Shown here: piece by piece, positions 19,530 to 30,453 of the stretch
Layout: each line of letters begins with the position of its first letter
Position numbering within the stretch: the first letter of the stretch is position 1
NCBI GenBank assembly: GCA_963801355.1
Contig: CAWDEM010000008.1
Span: 1,824,001-1,888,000 of the forward strand
Origin: Ignavibacteriota bacterium
GTDB taxonomy: Bacteria > Bacteroidota > Ignavibacteria > UBA10030 > UBA6906
DNA: 64,000 bases
Direction: 5' to 3'
Position numbers and translations under genes: made by a program
The notes under the pieces: generated by a model
Told to the model about the DNA's origin: nothing
The model's database searches: none
The model's input: only the letters and a program-made list of their open reading frames with translations

Positions 19530-21302
19530 TCACTGTGGTTTGATTCCCAGAGATGCGAGTTTTTGATCTAGAACATCCGTGTAGACGGTTATGGTGTGTT
19601 TTGTTTTCAGGCGGTTGTGCGTCTCCTTTGTGATCGCTTCTCTGTAATATGTTATGAAATCATCCGTGATTGTCTTTTCGACATCTTTGAACGACAGTAG
19701 TTTCTCCTCTCGTACCGCCATGCACTTGATGAGTGCATACTGTTTCCCTCTGGCCGAATCGACATATTCGATTGGTCCCGCGGTTTCGTAGAGTTTCAGT
19801 TGAAAAGCGGGTTCCCCGAGATACGGAGGTTCATCTTCCAAATACGTGTCGAGGGTCCCGTCCCGTTTCCGTACGTACGTTTTCACAAAAATCTCGGGTG
19901 CGAGCCTCTCAAATGGGACATTCTGTTCGAGTTTATGTTTCGCTTCCTCAATGACCTTTTTACTTGAATCTATGACTGCATAGATATTCACCTTCGCCAA
20001 CTGATAGAACAAGGAATCCTTGTGTCCCTCATAGAAGTCTTCGAGGGCTTTGTCAGTTGCAGCGGGAATTCGATCTTCAATTTCGTGGGCATCATAGAGC
20101 CGGAGAATTTCGTTGCGCAGCACAGGATTCTTCGTCTGCGCATGGAAGATTTCTTCCTCGAGTTTCAGGGCCCTCGCTTTCTTCACAAGCATGTCGGTTC
20201 GTACTGCCTCAAGGATATACTTCTTGATATTGTCTTCGGTGACGGGGCTGACGTTTCCCCATTTCAAGACCTCGTCCAACAAGCGGAGATAATCCGACAA
20301 ATCGATCTGGCCTCCGGCATGCCTGAGAATGACGAGGTTCCTCCTCCCTGTAATGGCTTTGCGCAGGGTATCCGAATAACCGGTTTCGTAGAAGTGAGGA
20401 ATGCGGGACCACCGTGCCAGTTGTTGTAAAGCTCTGCGATTCCACGCCAACCTTTTTTCATCAATGAGGTTTTTCTTTGTCCTTTCAAACTCATGCAAGC
20501 AGATGTCTGCGTACTTTCCGTCCAGGGCCCTCCGGATATCTTCCTTCACGTCTTCATACGGCGGAACATCTGTTTTCCGCACCTCGGCCACTTTCACTAC
20601 GTATATGGATTCTTTGCCTTCTATGACACGTACGTCATTCGCCGCAAGATGATATATGGTGGAATTGAGATTGCTCAGGAGACTCATTTTCCAGTTCAGA
20701 GGCGGCATGAGATCACCCTGACGGGATGAGCCATCGGGCTGCGAATAGCTCTTTGCCACTGATGCAAAGTCCGCTCCATTAAGAATCTGATCCCTGATAT
20801 TGTTCGCACGGGATCTTAACAATGTCAGGACCTCTGGTGATGCATGCTTAGGTTTTGCCAGGACTATCTCCTGATAGACCACCTCCTTGCCCATATCCGC
20901 GTATGCACTTCTCCCGGAGTCTTCGTTTACGTACCTGTCGTAGAATTGCGTTTCATAGTACCGGACGACCAATTCTTCACTGATTTCCCGTCTTATCCCC
21001 TGGAGAAGTTCCGAGTTTTTGTTGAGTCCCAGGGCAAAGAAATCAATGAGTTTCAACTGGTTCACTATTTTTTCATCCACGGCTTTGTGGTACGCCTTCG
21101 CTTTGTTCGCCCGGTGCTTGTATATGAGGTGTGAATCATAGATGTATTGCTCTATGTCGGCAAAACTGATCGTATATTTGCCGTCGATTCTCGCGATGAT
21201 ATCATGGCGAGAAGAATCCTGTGCACGACAGCTCATGAACACCGCCAATGCCAAGAGTCCCTGAAGAGAAGAACGAAGTAGGAAGTGCGCTCTATGTATC
21301 AT
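19530..21302 (-). CDS. PpiC/parvulin-type peptidylprolyl isomerase (SurA/PrsA-like chaperone)
   Basis: GADFASVAKSYS...GDL parvulin motif plus a second degenerate PPIase-like domain. Start moved to ATG 21302 because the longer ORF crosses a terminator. Confidence 0.75.
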   Translation of the reverse strand: MIHRAHFLLRSSLQGLLALAVFMSCRAQDSSRHDIIARIDGKYTISFADIEQYIYDSHLIYKHRANKAKAYHKAVDEKIVNQLKLIDFFALGLNKNSELLQGIRREISEELVVRYYETQFYDRYVNEDSGRSAYADMGKEVVYQEIVLAKPKHASPEVLTLLRSRANNIRDQILNGADFASVAKSYSQPDGSSRQGDLMPPLNWKMSLLSNLNSTIYHLAANDVRVIEGKESIYVVKVAEVRKTDVPPYEDVKEDIRRALDGKYADICLHEFERTKKNLIDEKRLAWNRRALQQLARWSRIPHFYETGYSDTLRKAITGRRNLVILRHAGGQIDLSDYLRLLDEVLKWGNVSPVTEDNIKKYILEAVRTDMLVKKARALKLEEEIFHAQTKNPVLRNEILRLYDAHEIEDRIPAATDKALEDFYEGHKDSLFYQLAKVNIYAVIDSSKKVIEEAKHKLEQNVPFERLAPEIFVKTYVRKRDGTLDTYLEDEPPYLGEPAFQLKLYETAGPIEYVDSARGKQYALIKCMAVREEKLLSFKDVEKTITDDFITYYREAITKETHNRLKTKHTITVYTDVLDQKLASLGIKPQ

Positions 21303-21398
21303 GCATAGCTCATGAAAGATGTGATCAACGCGACGAGTAAGAATGAAGATCGCAGGCAAGAAGGACACTCCGGGGCCGGCATCCCTAATAACAAAAAT

Positions 21399-21428
21399 AA
21401 AACCCTGACAAGCCACTATCAGGGTTTT
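21399..21428 (-). terminator. Intrinsic terminator after the T9SS-tailed protein gene
   Basis: AAAACCCTGA-N10-TCAGGGTTTT perfect inverted repeat followed by a T-rich run on the minus strand. Confidence 0.7.
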
Positions 21429-21630
21429 GTAACGGACCCAGAGAGATCATGCCACCTCTCCACCCCTCACGCAAGTCGCAATGTGGTGCCCTGCCCTGAT
21501 CTCCTGATTGACAATGAGCACAACGCTTTGAAGTCCCGCCCTGACCCGGAGTTGGAGGCATGCGGTCGCCTCTAACTCCGGGCGCAAAACCCCATCCCCC
21601 GGATGGCTCAGAGCGGGATGACACCTGTCC

Positions 21631-23406
21631 TTATTTCATAAGCACCATCTTCTTGACCTCAGAGAACTGGCTGCTCGCGATCTTGTAGAAATAGATACCG
21701 GAAGCAAGTCCCGCCGCATTGAACTGAACCTCGTGCGGACCTGCGGTCTGGTTTCCATTTACCAGCGTCGCTACTTCCTCACCAAGGAGATTGAAGACCT
21801 TCAGACTGACATCCGACGCACGCGGGAGCGAGAAAGAGATCGTCGTGCTCGGGTTGAAGGGATTCGGGTAGTTCTGGTCCAGAGCATATGCTTCGGGCAG
21901 TGCGCCACCCTCTTGAACGCCCAGCGTCCCTTTATTCAGCATGTCAGCCAGTTTCGCGTGTTCCGCGTCTTTCTGAGCATTCCACTGCACTTTCTTGGCG
22001 GGGAACCAGTTCAGGTCGCCAACCGGGAAGCCATTCGTTCCGCCTGCCATCAAATCGGCATCAGTGTAAGATAGATCGATCGGAATTGGCCAGTCCGAGT
22101 AAATATAGTAATCAGGACCGACCAGGACCTTCCGCCAATCAGACAGTACCGCGGCCGTTCCCACGCCTGCGATGTCAACCGTCTTCGTGGCAAAGACCTT
22201 TACCGAGTCAACCCAATTCGTCAAAAGGTCCTGCGGCTTAGTAAAGGCGGGCAGTTTATTATACCAGGAGCCTTCGGTCAAATACGGATAGTGTGTATTG
22301 TCCGCAAACAGGGCTTGGGTTCTGGTATTCATCGTAATCATCTGGGAGACCCAGGTCTGGTCTTTGTTCACGTTGTTGGTTTTCAGCGTGGCCACGATGT
22401 CATTAAATTTTGGATCCCAGTAGACGACGTTTTTGTCCACCAGCACCTTTCGATCCATCTGGACCATTGTGGACTGCAGTGTATCGATATTGACCAGACC
22501 CGTCGGGAGCCAATGCGGATCGACTTCACCCTTGTCCTCGTTGTTGCCAATGCTGTCGCCGAACGCCTGGACGTTGCAGTTCACAAAGATGTTGTTGGTG
22601 ACCGTCAGGTCGCTCACGTATCCCTGGCTCTCAAAGACGCTTCCGGCGCAGTCAATGAACGTGTTATGGTTGAAGAAGAGTTTGTTGATCTGGTAATTCC
22701 TGAATTTATACAACATCCCCTGCGTCATGACGTGCGTTGTATTTTCCACCCAGATTGTATCTGTATTGTTGTTCACATTGTCATAGACGCCACCGTTGCG
22801 CCGGCACGGTTGCCCGCTCAAGTTCACGAAATAGCAGTCAAGGATGTACATCTTCAATCCTGGCCAGCTATTGGACTGGATTTCGACCCAGCGTGTCCGC
22901 TCGAAGAGATCATTCTCAAGAACGAGCCTCTGGTTTGCCGCTGTCGTCCCGAAAAACGCCCAGCCCAGGGTGCCATCCGAAATTCCAGGAACAATGCTGC
23001 AATTTTTGAGCGTCAGAGAGCTTCCGATGTTTATCCCGCCGGTGTTGTTGCCACCCGCGTCCCTGTAACCACAGATCACCGGAGGAGCAGAATTCGCATC
23101 CTTGTTGTTCACCAGTCGTGTAGCGTCTTCTCCGACGATGACAACAGCGCGGTTTGTCGGTGTGGTAGGAGTGGTGAGAATGGGATAATAGCCATTCTTC
23201 TTCAGCATATACACCCGTCCCGCCGGTGGCGTGGCATCCAGATTCATCGCACTCCCCAGCGTGCTGGCTTCATTTGACTTTTCCGGATAATCTTTGACAA
23301 CCGCAGTGTCTCCCCGCATGGACGATACATAGTCCATGAAGGTCTGTGCCCCGGCGACACAGAACAGGGAGAGTACCGCGACGATAAGAAGTACAGTGCG
23401 TTTCAC
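21631..23406 (-). CDS. T9SS-type CTD surface protein with probable beta-helix, partner of the TonB-dependent receptor
   Basis: Signal peptide, Asn-rich repeats (FNHNTF, VTNNIFVN), GFPVGDLNWFP, tail QNYPNPFNPST. GTG start after GGAGG. Confidence 0.8.
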   Translation of the reverse strand: MKRTVLLIVAVLSLFCVAGAQTFMDYVSSMRGDTAVVKDYPEKSNEASTLGSAMNLDATPPAGRVYMLKKNGYYPILTTPTTPTNRAVVIVGEDATRLVNNKDANSAPPVICGYRDAGGNNTGGINIGSSLTLKNCSIVPGISDGTLGWAFFGTTAANQRLVLENDLFERTRWVEIQSNSWPGLKMYILDCYFVNLSGQPCRRNGGVYDNVNNNTDTIWVENTTHVMTQGMLYKFRNYQINKLFFNHNTFIDCAGSVFESQGYVSDLTVTNNIFVNCNVQAFGDSIGNNEDKGEVDPHWLPTGLVNIDTLQSTMVQMDRKVLVDKNVVYWDPKFNDIVATLKTNNVNKDQTWVSQMITMNTRTQALFADNTHYPYLTEGSWYNKLPAFTKPQDLLTNWVDSVKVFATKTVDIAGVGTAAVLSDWRKVLVGPDYYIYSDWPIPIDLSYTDADLMAGGTNGFPVGDLNWFPAKKVQWNAQKDAEHAKLADMLNKGTLGVQEGGALPEAYALDQNYPNPFNPSTTISFSLPRASDVSLKVFNLLGEEVATLVNGNQTAGPHEVQFNAAGLASGIYFYKIASSQFSEVKKMVLMK

Positions 23407-23565
23407 TTTGAATCCTCCTATGTGAAACCTGAAAACCGTTAATTAAACTGTACCTAACGATCACGTTGGACCTCCAAGCATACCCTCCTTTCCTTGATTC
23501 TCAAGCAGGGTGTTGAAATAACGCCTTGGATCACGCACAAAGGCGTGGATTTAGCAAAGAAAAGA

Positions 23566-26556
23566 TCACAAGCTGTAGCGCAGGCTAAGCTGATAGAAGC
23601 TTGGATAATACTGAGTCTGTGCAACGTTATCCGATACTTCCCCCCCGACGACCCGTCTGAATCTCTGATATGTGGTTGTTGGCGAATGCGTCAGATTCTG
23701 AACGTCGAACGAGAGGCTTAGGCCTTCCACGGGCAATGCCTGCTTGAGCGTGACATCCCATCGATAGATTGTTCCCGTGAACTGATCCAGTTCGGGCGTT
23801 GCTCCAACGGTGGTAATCACATTGCTCTGCATGTTGAACGAAATCCGTCCCGAGAAGCCTTTGTAATCAACTCCGAGCGCCACGTTCAGAACGTGGTCGC
23901 TCTGGTTCAGAAGTCTGGCATTACGCGTCGTGTCTTTGGTGAGGTAGACATGTCGAGTGAACCTGCCATCCTGATACGTTGAATCGATGTTCAGCACTTG
24001 CCGGTAGTCCATGTCAGACCATACTCTCGTATAGTTGATATTCAACACCACGTTGTCAAAAGGAGCCGGCAGGTACCAGAATCGTGTTTGCCACTCGAGC
24101 TCAATCCCTCTTATGTGGGCCGGATGATTATTGTTTATGAACGTGGATATCTGCGTCGACTTGGCCGGGGCCTGGATCCCGAGACCCATCCAGAGAGATG
24201 AATCGGGGAACGATACGTCATAAAGTCCTAGATTCTGGTAATAAATCGATGTCGAAAAAAACACGTTATCCAGATTCTTGTAGAAGCCACCCACCGTAAA
24301 GAGCCCGATATCGTTATTATGGAAGGAAAGGCTTACATCATAGTTCTTGGACTTCGTCGGTTTTAACCTGGTATTTCCAGCCTGTGCCGCGGCACCGGGC
24401 TCGAAGTAAATATTCGGCAGGATCGCTTGATAATCCGGGCGGGAGAGTGACTGTGTGTAGGCTAATCTCAAATCGGCCCAGTCAGTAATCGAGTACCGAA
24501 GCTGGACATTCGGAAGCAGATCATTGTCATTCCGATTGACCGTGTTCAACGTATCAAACAACAGACTCACCCCATCGACGGAGTGTGTGACGTAGACGAA
24601 ATTCGCTCTATAGTCCATATTGTAATGCTCGTACCGCACGCCTCCGAACAGCTTCAATCGGGGACCGATATTGAAAGTGCCCATCGCGTATCCGGCGGCA
24701 AAGGTTTCTCTGCCATCAAAATCATACCGTTCAGAGTTCGATCTGTGTCTGTTGGGGTTCCAGGTCATTGTCGCCTGAGGGAGGAAAGTGTCCATCTGAT
24801 TGGTGTTAACGACGTACTTGATCGGGTACGAACTATTATAGAAGTAGTCTCCTCTTTTATAGTCCGTGTTCCAAATATCAGAGAGCAGAAGCGGAGTGGT
24901 ATTGGAGAGCACCTTGCCGGGGACAAAGTACTTCACGGCGTCGTAGAAATCCTGGTCGCCGATCCTCTTGTACTTTTCCTCAAGATCATTCGTTCGCTTG
25001 GAAGGCGCAAATTTGCCGCCGACCTTGAACGTTGCCGAAAGGTCCTCCGAAAGGGTGACCGGGAGAGTGAGATCGAGCTTTCCGGCATACAGGCGCTCGG
25101 TAAAAGCCTCGCCCCGCGTAACTCCCCACTCACTCAACGCAGCATTCACAGGGTTCGAGGGATTAATCTGTAACCTCATCACATCACCCGGCGTGAGCGT
25201 GTTCAGTTGGAGCGACGTAAAGCCGGCAGGATTGCCGTTTGCATCCACGTAGGGATTCGATGCTGAGGAGTGGAAAAGAAAGTTGTCCCCGGGGTCTCCG
25301 TACCGCACGTCGGTGCGTTTGTCGCTGTAAGAATGCGAGAGGACGAGTTCCGTTTTTAGTGGACCGAAATCGTATTCTGCCTCTACCGCATTGACCAGCA
25401 GATCCCTGTAATTCTTGTCGCGTGTTATCTGGTAATTTAGCCCTCCCTGTCCGGCGAAATCCATGTAGTACTTAAAATCGGAGTTGTTGGCAAGGGTGTG
25501 AGCCAACGCACTCTGGAAAACGATCTTCCCGTGGGGAAGCCGATAGTCCAGAGTCACACTGCCGCCGGTATTTGTCGTGATGCGTGTTTGATCGTTGAAC
25601 GTGAAATTGTCCAGCCGGAAAGGTGCCAGGCCGTACCCCTGGCTTCCATTGATCGCATATCCGGCGTTTGTCACGTCGCCCCCCGCATCCTGGCGGTCTC
25701 CATTTGCCTGCACAAAGACGCCCAGGTCATTGTCGAAGAACCGGTGGCCGACGCTTGCCCAGAATTTGTAATTGCCGTACGTTCGGTCCTGGCCGTTATA
25801 TTTCCCTTGAGCCAGCATGTCCGCATGAAAGGTCTCGGGTGCTTCTGCCAGGCGCAGATTGACCACTCCGCCGATGTAATTTGCGTCCATGTCCGGCGTA
25901 AGGGTCTTGATCACTTCCATGCCGGAAAGCATGCTTGAGGAAAAGAAACCCAGGCTTACCGAACGGTTATTGACATCCGTGGATGGAAGCCGGATACCAT
26001 TCACAAGGATGATGTTGCTCTTCGCCTGAATTCCCCGGATAACGATCTGATCTCCGTTCATGATGGAAACGCCGGGCAGCCGGCTCAACGCCGAGGCCGC
26101 GCTTGCGTCGGGCAACTCCCGAATTCTTTCCGCGGAGACCACGCTGATAACCGAGTTTGAGGAGAGTTGCTGGTTGATTGCTTCCATCTGGCCTTTTGCC
26201 TGAGCCATCACGACAACTTCCTGACCCTCGATCACTTGGAGGGTGAGCAAGAAATTGCGCTCAAGGTCTTCGCCCTCCTTCACCTCGATCGTCGCCTCCT
26301 CGCTTCTGTACCCCAGATAACGGGCCTGGAGAGTATAACGACCGGGAGGAACAGACCGGATCATGTATACGCCGTCAAGATTTGCTGACGCTCCCAGGCT
26401 TGTGCCCTGCAACTGGACAATTGCCCCGGGCAGCACATCACCTGCCGATGCACCTTTGACGACACCGTGGACTTGCCCGGATCCACCCTGAGCCAACACA
26501 GAAGTAGTGCCCAAGAAGAGGGCAGCGAGCAAGAAGATACTCTTCATCGCGCTCAT
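23566..26556 (-). CDS. TonB-dependent receptor with carboxypeptidase-regulatory-like N-domain (not canonical SusC)
   Basis: LPGAIVQL...YTLQARYLGY, plug region ELPDASAASALSRLPGVS...IRG, IGGVVNL, LRLAYTQSLSRPDY, GNTRLKP, C-terminal LSLRYSL. Confidence 0.92.
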   Translation of the reverse strand: MSAMKSIFLLAALFLGTTSVLAQGGSGQVHGVVKGASAGDVLPGAIVQLQGTSLGASANLDGVYMIRSVPPGRYTLQARYLGYRSEEATIEVKEGEDLERNFLLTLQVIEGQEVVVMAQAKGQMEAINQQLSSNSVISVVSAERIRELPDASAASALSRLPGVSIMNGDQIVIRGIQAKSNIILVNGIRLPSTDVNNRSVSLGFFSSSMLSGMEVIKTLTPDMDANYIGGVVNLRLAEAPETFHADMLAQGKYNGQDRTYGNYKFWASVGHRFFDNDLGVFVQANGDRQDAGGDVTNAGYAINGSQGYGLAPFRLDNFTFNDQTRITTNTGGSVTLDYRLPHGKIVFQSALAHTLANNSDFKYYMDFAGQGGLNYQITRDKNYRDLLVNAVEAEYDFGPLKTELVLSHSYSDKRTDVRYGDPGDNFLFHSSASNPYVDANGNPAGFTSLQLNTLTPGDVMRLQINPSNPVNAALSEWGVTRGEAFTERLYAGKLDLTLPVTLSEDLSATFKVGGKFAPSKRTNDLEEKYKRIGDQDFYDAVKYFVPGKVLSNTTPLLLSDIWNTDYKRGDYFYNSSYPIKYVVNTNQMDTFLPQATMTWNPNRHRSNSERYDFDGRETFAAGYAMGTFNIGPRLKLFGGVRYEHYNMDYRANFVYVTHSVDGVSLLFDTLNTVNRNDNDLLPNVQLRYSITDWADLRLAYTQSLSRPDYQAILPNIYFEPGAAAQAGNTRLKPTKSKNYDVSLSFHNNDIGLFTVGGFYKNLDNVFFSTSIYYQNLGLYDVSFPDSSLWMGLGIQAPAKSTQISTFINNNHPAHIRGIELEWQTRFWYLPAPFDNVVLNINYTRVWSDMDYRQVLNIDSTYQDGRFTRHVYLTKDTTRNARLLNQSDHVLNVALGVDYKGFSGRISFNMQSNVITTVGATPELDQFTGTIYRWDVTLKQALPVEGLSLSFDVQNLTHSPTTTYQRFRRVVGGEVSDNVAQTQYYPSFYQLSLRYSL

Positions 26557-26597
26557 GATTGACTCTCGTTCATGGTTTGAGGAATAAAGGGACTAAT

Positions 26598-27020
26598 TTA
26601 GATAGATTCGAAATTTCTTCGCCGTTCCTGCAGCGCGTTCTGGATCTGCAGGTTCAGCTCCCGGCTGATCCCGTAGAACGACAGGGCGATGACGCCGATC
26701 AGGAAAGTGATCGCTGGATAAATACTCGCGCTCATGCGAATGCCGAAGAGTGCCCCTTCGGTCTGCACAACGTTCGGGATGTAGCCATACACCGACAAGA
26801 GCCATCCACAGATCGGCCCACCCAATCCCAGTCCCGCCTTCAATGCGAAGACAATGCCTGCGAACACGAAACCGGTGGCGCTGAGCCTGGCGACCTTCTC
26901 CTGGATCGTCATCCGGCCCAGCAGGTCGGCAACCCGGCGGTCGATCGGGAGGTGGGCGTTCCTGTAATCGGAGAGTTCTTCGCTTACGACACCTGGGCTC
27001 CGCAACAGATGATCACTCAT
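26598..27020 (-). pseudogene. In-frame chimera of a cytoplasmic GH3 N-terminus and a GPH-family (MFS) sugar symporter C-terminus
   Basis: YRNAHLPIDRRVADLLGRMTIQEKVARL (compare the N-terminus of 59382-61769) is fused at ~26882 to ATGFVFAGIVFALKAGLGLGG...YGYIPNVVQT...LQERR. Confidence 0.85.
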
Positions 27021-27104
27021 AGCAGTCGCGTAATGGTCGTGTGAAAGGAATGTCCGCGCGAGAACCGGGAGGTGATGCCTTGATCACTAGAATGGTTCAG
27101 AGGA

Positions 27105-27148
27105 TATTGAACCGTTTCAATAGTACTAAGCGTTTTTCGAAAAGGCAA
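27105..27148 (-). promoter_or_regulatory. Sigma70-type promoter with overlapping LacI-like palindromic operator
   Basis: Minus strand TTGCCT (27148-27143), 17 bp, TACTAT (27125-27120). Palindrome TATTGAA-CCGT-TTCAATA at 27105-27122. Confidence 0.7.
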
Positions 27149-27299
27149 GCGAAAAATTCCATAAAGGAGAAGAAAGTGCGGGGAGGCACCCTGGATAGGA
27201 TAGCTCTCACCAAAGGGTCTCGGGAGCCGGGAACCCTCCCAGTATCCATAGATCTCGCTTTCGGACCGCTGCGGTTGTCGTCAGGCTTTCCCTGCCTGG

Positions 27300-27440
27300 A
27301 GACAGCGGGGCACAAGGATTCGATTTCCTTTGGGATCTCCGGCTTGTATCGTGACGGCAGAGGTGGCTTGCCATGGGCAATCTCGTAGAGGACTGCTGCC
27401 TCCTTTGAGCTTTGAAAGTCCGAAGTCCATGATCACGGCC
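27300..27440 (-). pseudogene. Fragmented Ser/Thr kinase remnant
   Basis: Minus strand encodes successive pieces VIMDFGLSKLKG, VLYEIAHGKPP and PSRYKPEIPKEIESL, matching parts of kinase 34506-36812. Boundaries are approximate. Confidence 0.7.
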
Positions 27441-27566
27441 CGGCGGCCCCCTCTGAAACCAGATCGACCTTGCACCTCCGCCAGGGATAAGCAGAATCTC
27501 GTGGGAGATCAAGAGAGAAACAAACTGACTGTTCGTACTCAGATAAGGATCACACAATTTTAGCAA

Positions 27567-30453
27567 TTACTTTGGCCCACAGCAGCTTTCAGGAGGGCCC
27601 AATTAACTCGGCTTCAATCCGCCGCAATCAACTACGATGTTCTGCAGGACAATCCCTTTGTCGATGATCCAGAATTTCAACGTGTGACCGCCTTGCCGCC
27701 TGATCGTATGAATGGATGCTCTTATCCTGATATTATCCATCATTACTTCTGCATTGTTGTCATTTACCCAGTATTCGTCTTTCTATTCTCAAAGTACTGT
27801 TGATCACTTGTGGTTTCTCGTCATCAAACGCAATTGCATAGTGTAGTCCGTGCCCTCCGCTATAGTCGATTGTGGGCGAGAGGTACGCAGAGACCTTTAC
27901 CTGACCTGTGTCGCTCAGATGTACCAGATATTCCAGATGTGGTGCAGTGTCGGATGCTTCTTGTCTGGAGACGGTTGCAGGGAACAGCGTGATCCCCGTT
28001 GACGAACGTCCATAGTTATCAAGAATTTGCCATGCTGTATTCCCAGGATTTGTCGCCCGGGTATAATGTGCAGCGGGAAAAGAAACGTATTTACAGCTTT
28101 CGAAGAATCCCTTCCCATTAAGAGAGTCGTCCAGTTTGCGGTTATCGACAGGAACCTGAACGACTACTTTTCGTCCCTCGGGAGCGATAATCGTCAGAGG
28201 GACAATCGACTTTCCCTTTGGCGCCTTGCTCCAGTCCACGCTCACCCATAGCCGTTCCTGTTGATTGATGGTACCCGAATTCGGAGTGACTCTTAGCCAA
28301 GGGACAGAAACATCTACCGAATAGGCAAATGGTTTCCCGCCTCGGTTGAACACTTCAGTGTAACGGAGAGAATCGTGACAGAACGCAAGCTCGGGCAGGA
28401 CCGCTTCCTTGGCTTCCCTTGGCCACCACGTGTCAGAGCCTTCGATGGCAACGCCCATGTCTGACGCATCCTTCAAATCAAGCCGAAGCGTTGGAGGTAG
28501 AGAGTCCACATCAGGGCCGCGCCAGTAGTAATAGCTGATATGCGTCTGGTCCATCATGTGGTTCCATTTGCCACTCTGCAAGACGTTGTTATAGTAGTGC
28601 GTCAACAGCGAATCCTTGATGAAGCACGCCTTCACATTGTCAGACATGGTGTTGGTGGCAGCCCTGCCTTGTGCTGCATAATATTTGTTCAGGGCAAGAG
28701 CGTGATACAGGTCATAGAGATTCGCGATGGCCTTTATCGGATGAAGCACAAGTTCAAAGTACGAATCCTTCTGTTCAGGAGGCAGAAGAGTTTCAATTCC
28801 GGCCGCTTCATCCTCCAGTGTGTGGTAGTTTGCGACGATCGTTTCAAACTCGCGGTAATTGGTCAGACTGAACCTGTTGAATCTCATGAGTTCAGGTTTT
28901 CGGATCCCATTGAAACGACTGTACCGCGTTAGTAATCTTCCTATCGGTGCGGCATGGTGTTGCCCAAATTGCTGCTGTGCCCACATCTGGGCGTACTCCT
29001 CGAGCCTGCTTGACGACCAACGACCAGGATCCCAAGCATAATCGAAATAGAAACTGACTGGGAATTCCAGTGGCTTCAGGTCTCCGACATTCACCATCCA
29101 TAGTCGGTCAACGTGATGCTCATAGGCCAAATGCAGTTGTTCCCAGACCTTGGCAATCTGCACGGTATTGATCCACTTGTAACTCCAGGGACCTCCGTTA
29201 AAATCAAAATGATAGTACAGTCCATACCCTCCTGATCGTCCCACGTCTTCGGAACTGGGCAATCTCCTGATGTTCCCATAGTTGTCATCGCACAAAAGCA
29301 ATGTAATATCGTCAGGCACTCGCATGCCTTTGTCATAATACTCCTGCACTTCCGTATACAAGGCCCACACTTGAGGAATCTCCTCGGGTTTCTTGCCGGT
29401 AACCTCGTTGAGGATTTTACGCTGATCGGCAATAACCTTCTCGAGGAGGGCCATGTTCGTACCTGCCTCCATGGGCACATCTCCATCACCTCGCATACCC
29501 ATTGTGATAATTGTCTCTGCATTCCCCATGTGTTCAATACCTTTCCGCCAGAAGTCTTGGAGTTCTCCACCGTTCGTCGTGTAGTTCCATTCCCCCTTGC
29601 CATAGCGCTGCCATTCCTTTTGCGCTCGATCCATAGGTTCATGGTGTGAAGTTCCCATGACGATCCCATATTCGTCCGCCAGGGGTCTATTGAGAGAATC
29701 GTCGTCATTGAAAGCGTTGTCCCACATTGCAGGCCAGAGAAAGTTACCCCTGAGGCGCAGGATCAACTCGAAGATCTTGGTGTATGCTTTGGAGTTTGCG
29801 CCTCCGAACTTCTCTTTTGTCCAACCAGAAAAGGCAGGCGCCTCGTTATTGATAAAAATACCCCTGTATTTCACTGCCGGTGGACCTTGACTGTATCTCC
29901 CCGGCAGGACAAACAAGTCCTTTTGCCTTTGGGGTGGCACATCGGCCCACCAGTACCAGGGAGATACGCCAATCTGCTGCGAAACATCGTATATGCCGTA
30001 GATCGTACCGCGTTTGTCGCTGCCCACAATAACAAGGGCCCTGCCGATGCCGGGCAAAGGGTTTTCCACTGTTTGGATGACGAATGTTTCCCATTTGCCG
30101 GCAATGTCCCGCAGATCGACTTTCTTGTTACGCACCAGTTGGTCGACAAAAGGGCTTTTTCCCTTCGTCCCAACAATCACAACTTCCTTTTGGGATGGCA
30201 GTTGATCAAATACAATGGTCGGTCCGTTTCCTGTTACTTTGATGATATCGGCTTTCAAATCATAGAGGGCTCGGATCACCCCGGGGTTATCCTTGGAGCT
30301 CACCAACAATGTGGCGTTCGTTCCTGGTTCAGAGAGGGCGAAGCAACGCTTCGCATATGTGTGAGTAACATAGGAATGATCACCGATAGCCCAAATGGAT
30401 GACGGGCAAAGAGCAAAAAACAGGCAAAACCGCAAACTCCTTTTTGAAATCAT
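27567..30453 (-). pseudogene. GH115 alpha-glucuronidase with C-terminal frameshift and nonsense codon (897-aa ORF ends at 27760)
   Basis: GSDKRGTIYG, YRGIFINNE, LWPAMW, GTSHHEPM, NVGDLKP. The conserved tail HTLKFWIIDKGIVLQNIVVDCGGLKPS*LGPPES continues in another frame, with TAA at 27603-27605. Confidence 0.85.

Noticed and set aside
11815-21302. RiPP cluster (radical SAM, PPIase, methyltransferase-like protein)
   Set aside because: The radical SAM gene is a remnant, no precursor peptide was found, and the genes are interleaved with CAZymes.
27603-27605. Stop-codon reassignment or readthrough in GH115
   Set aside because: TAA, TAG and TGA all terminate intact genes in this window, and a frameshift lies just upstream, so decay is the simpler explanation.
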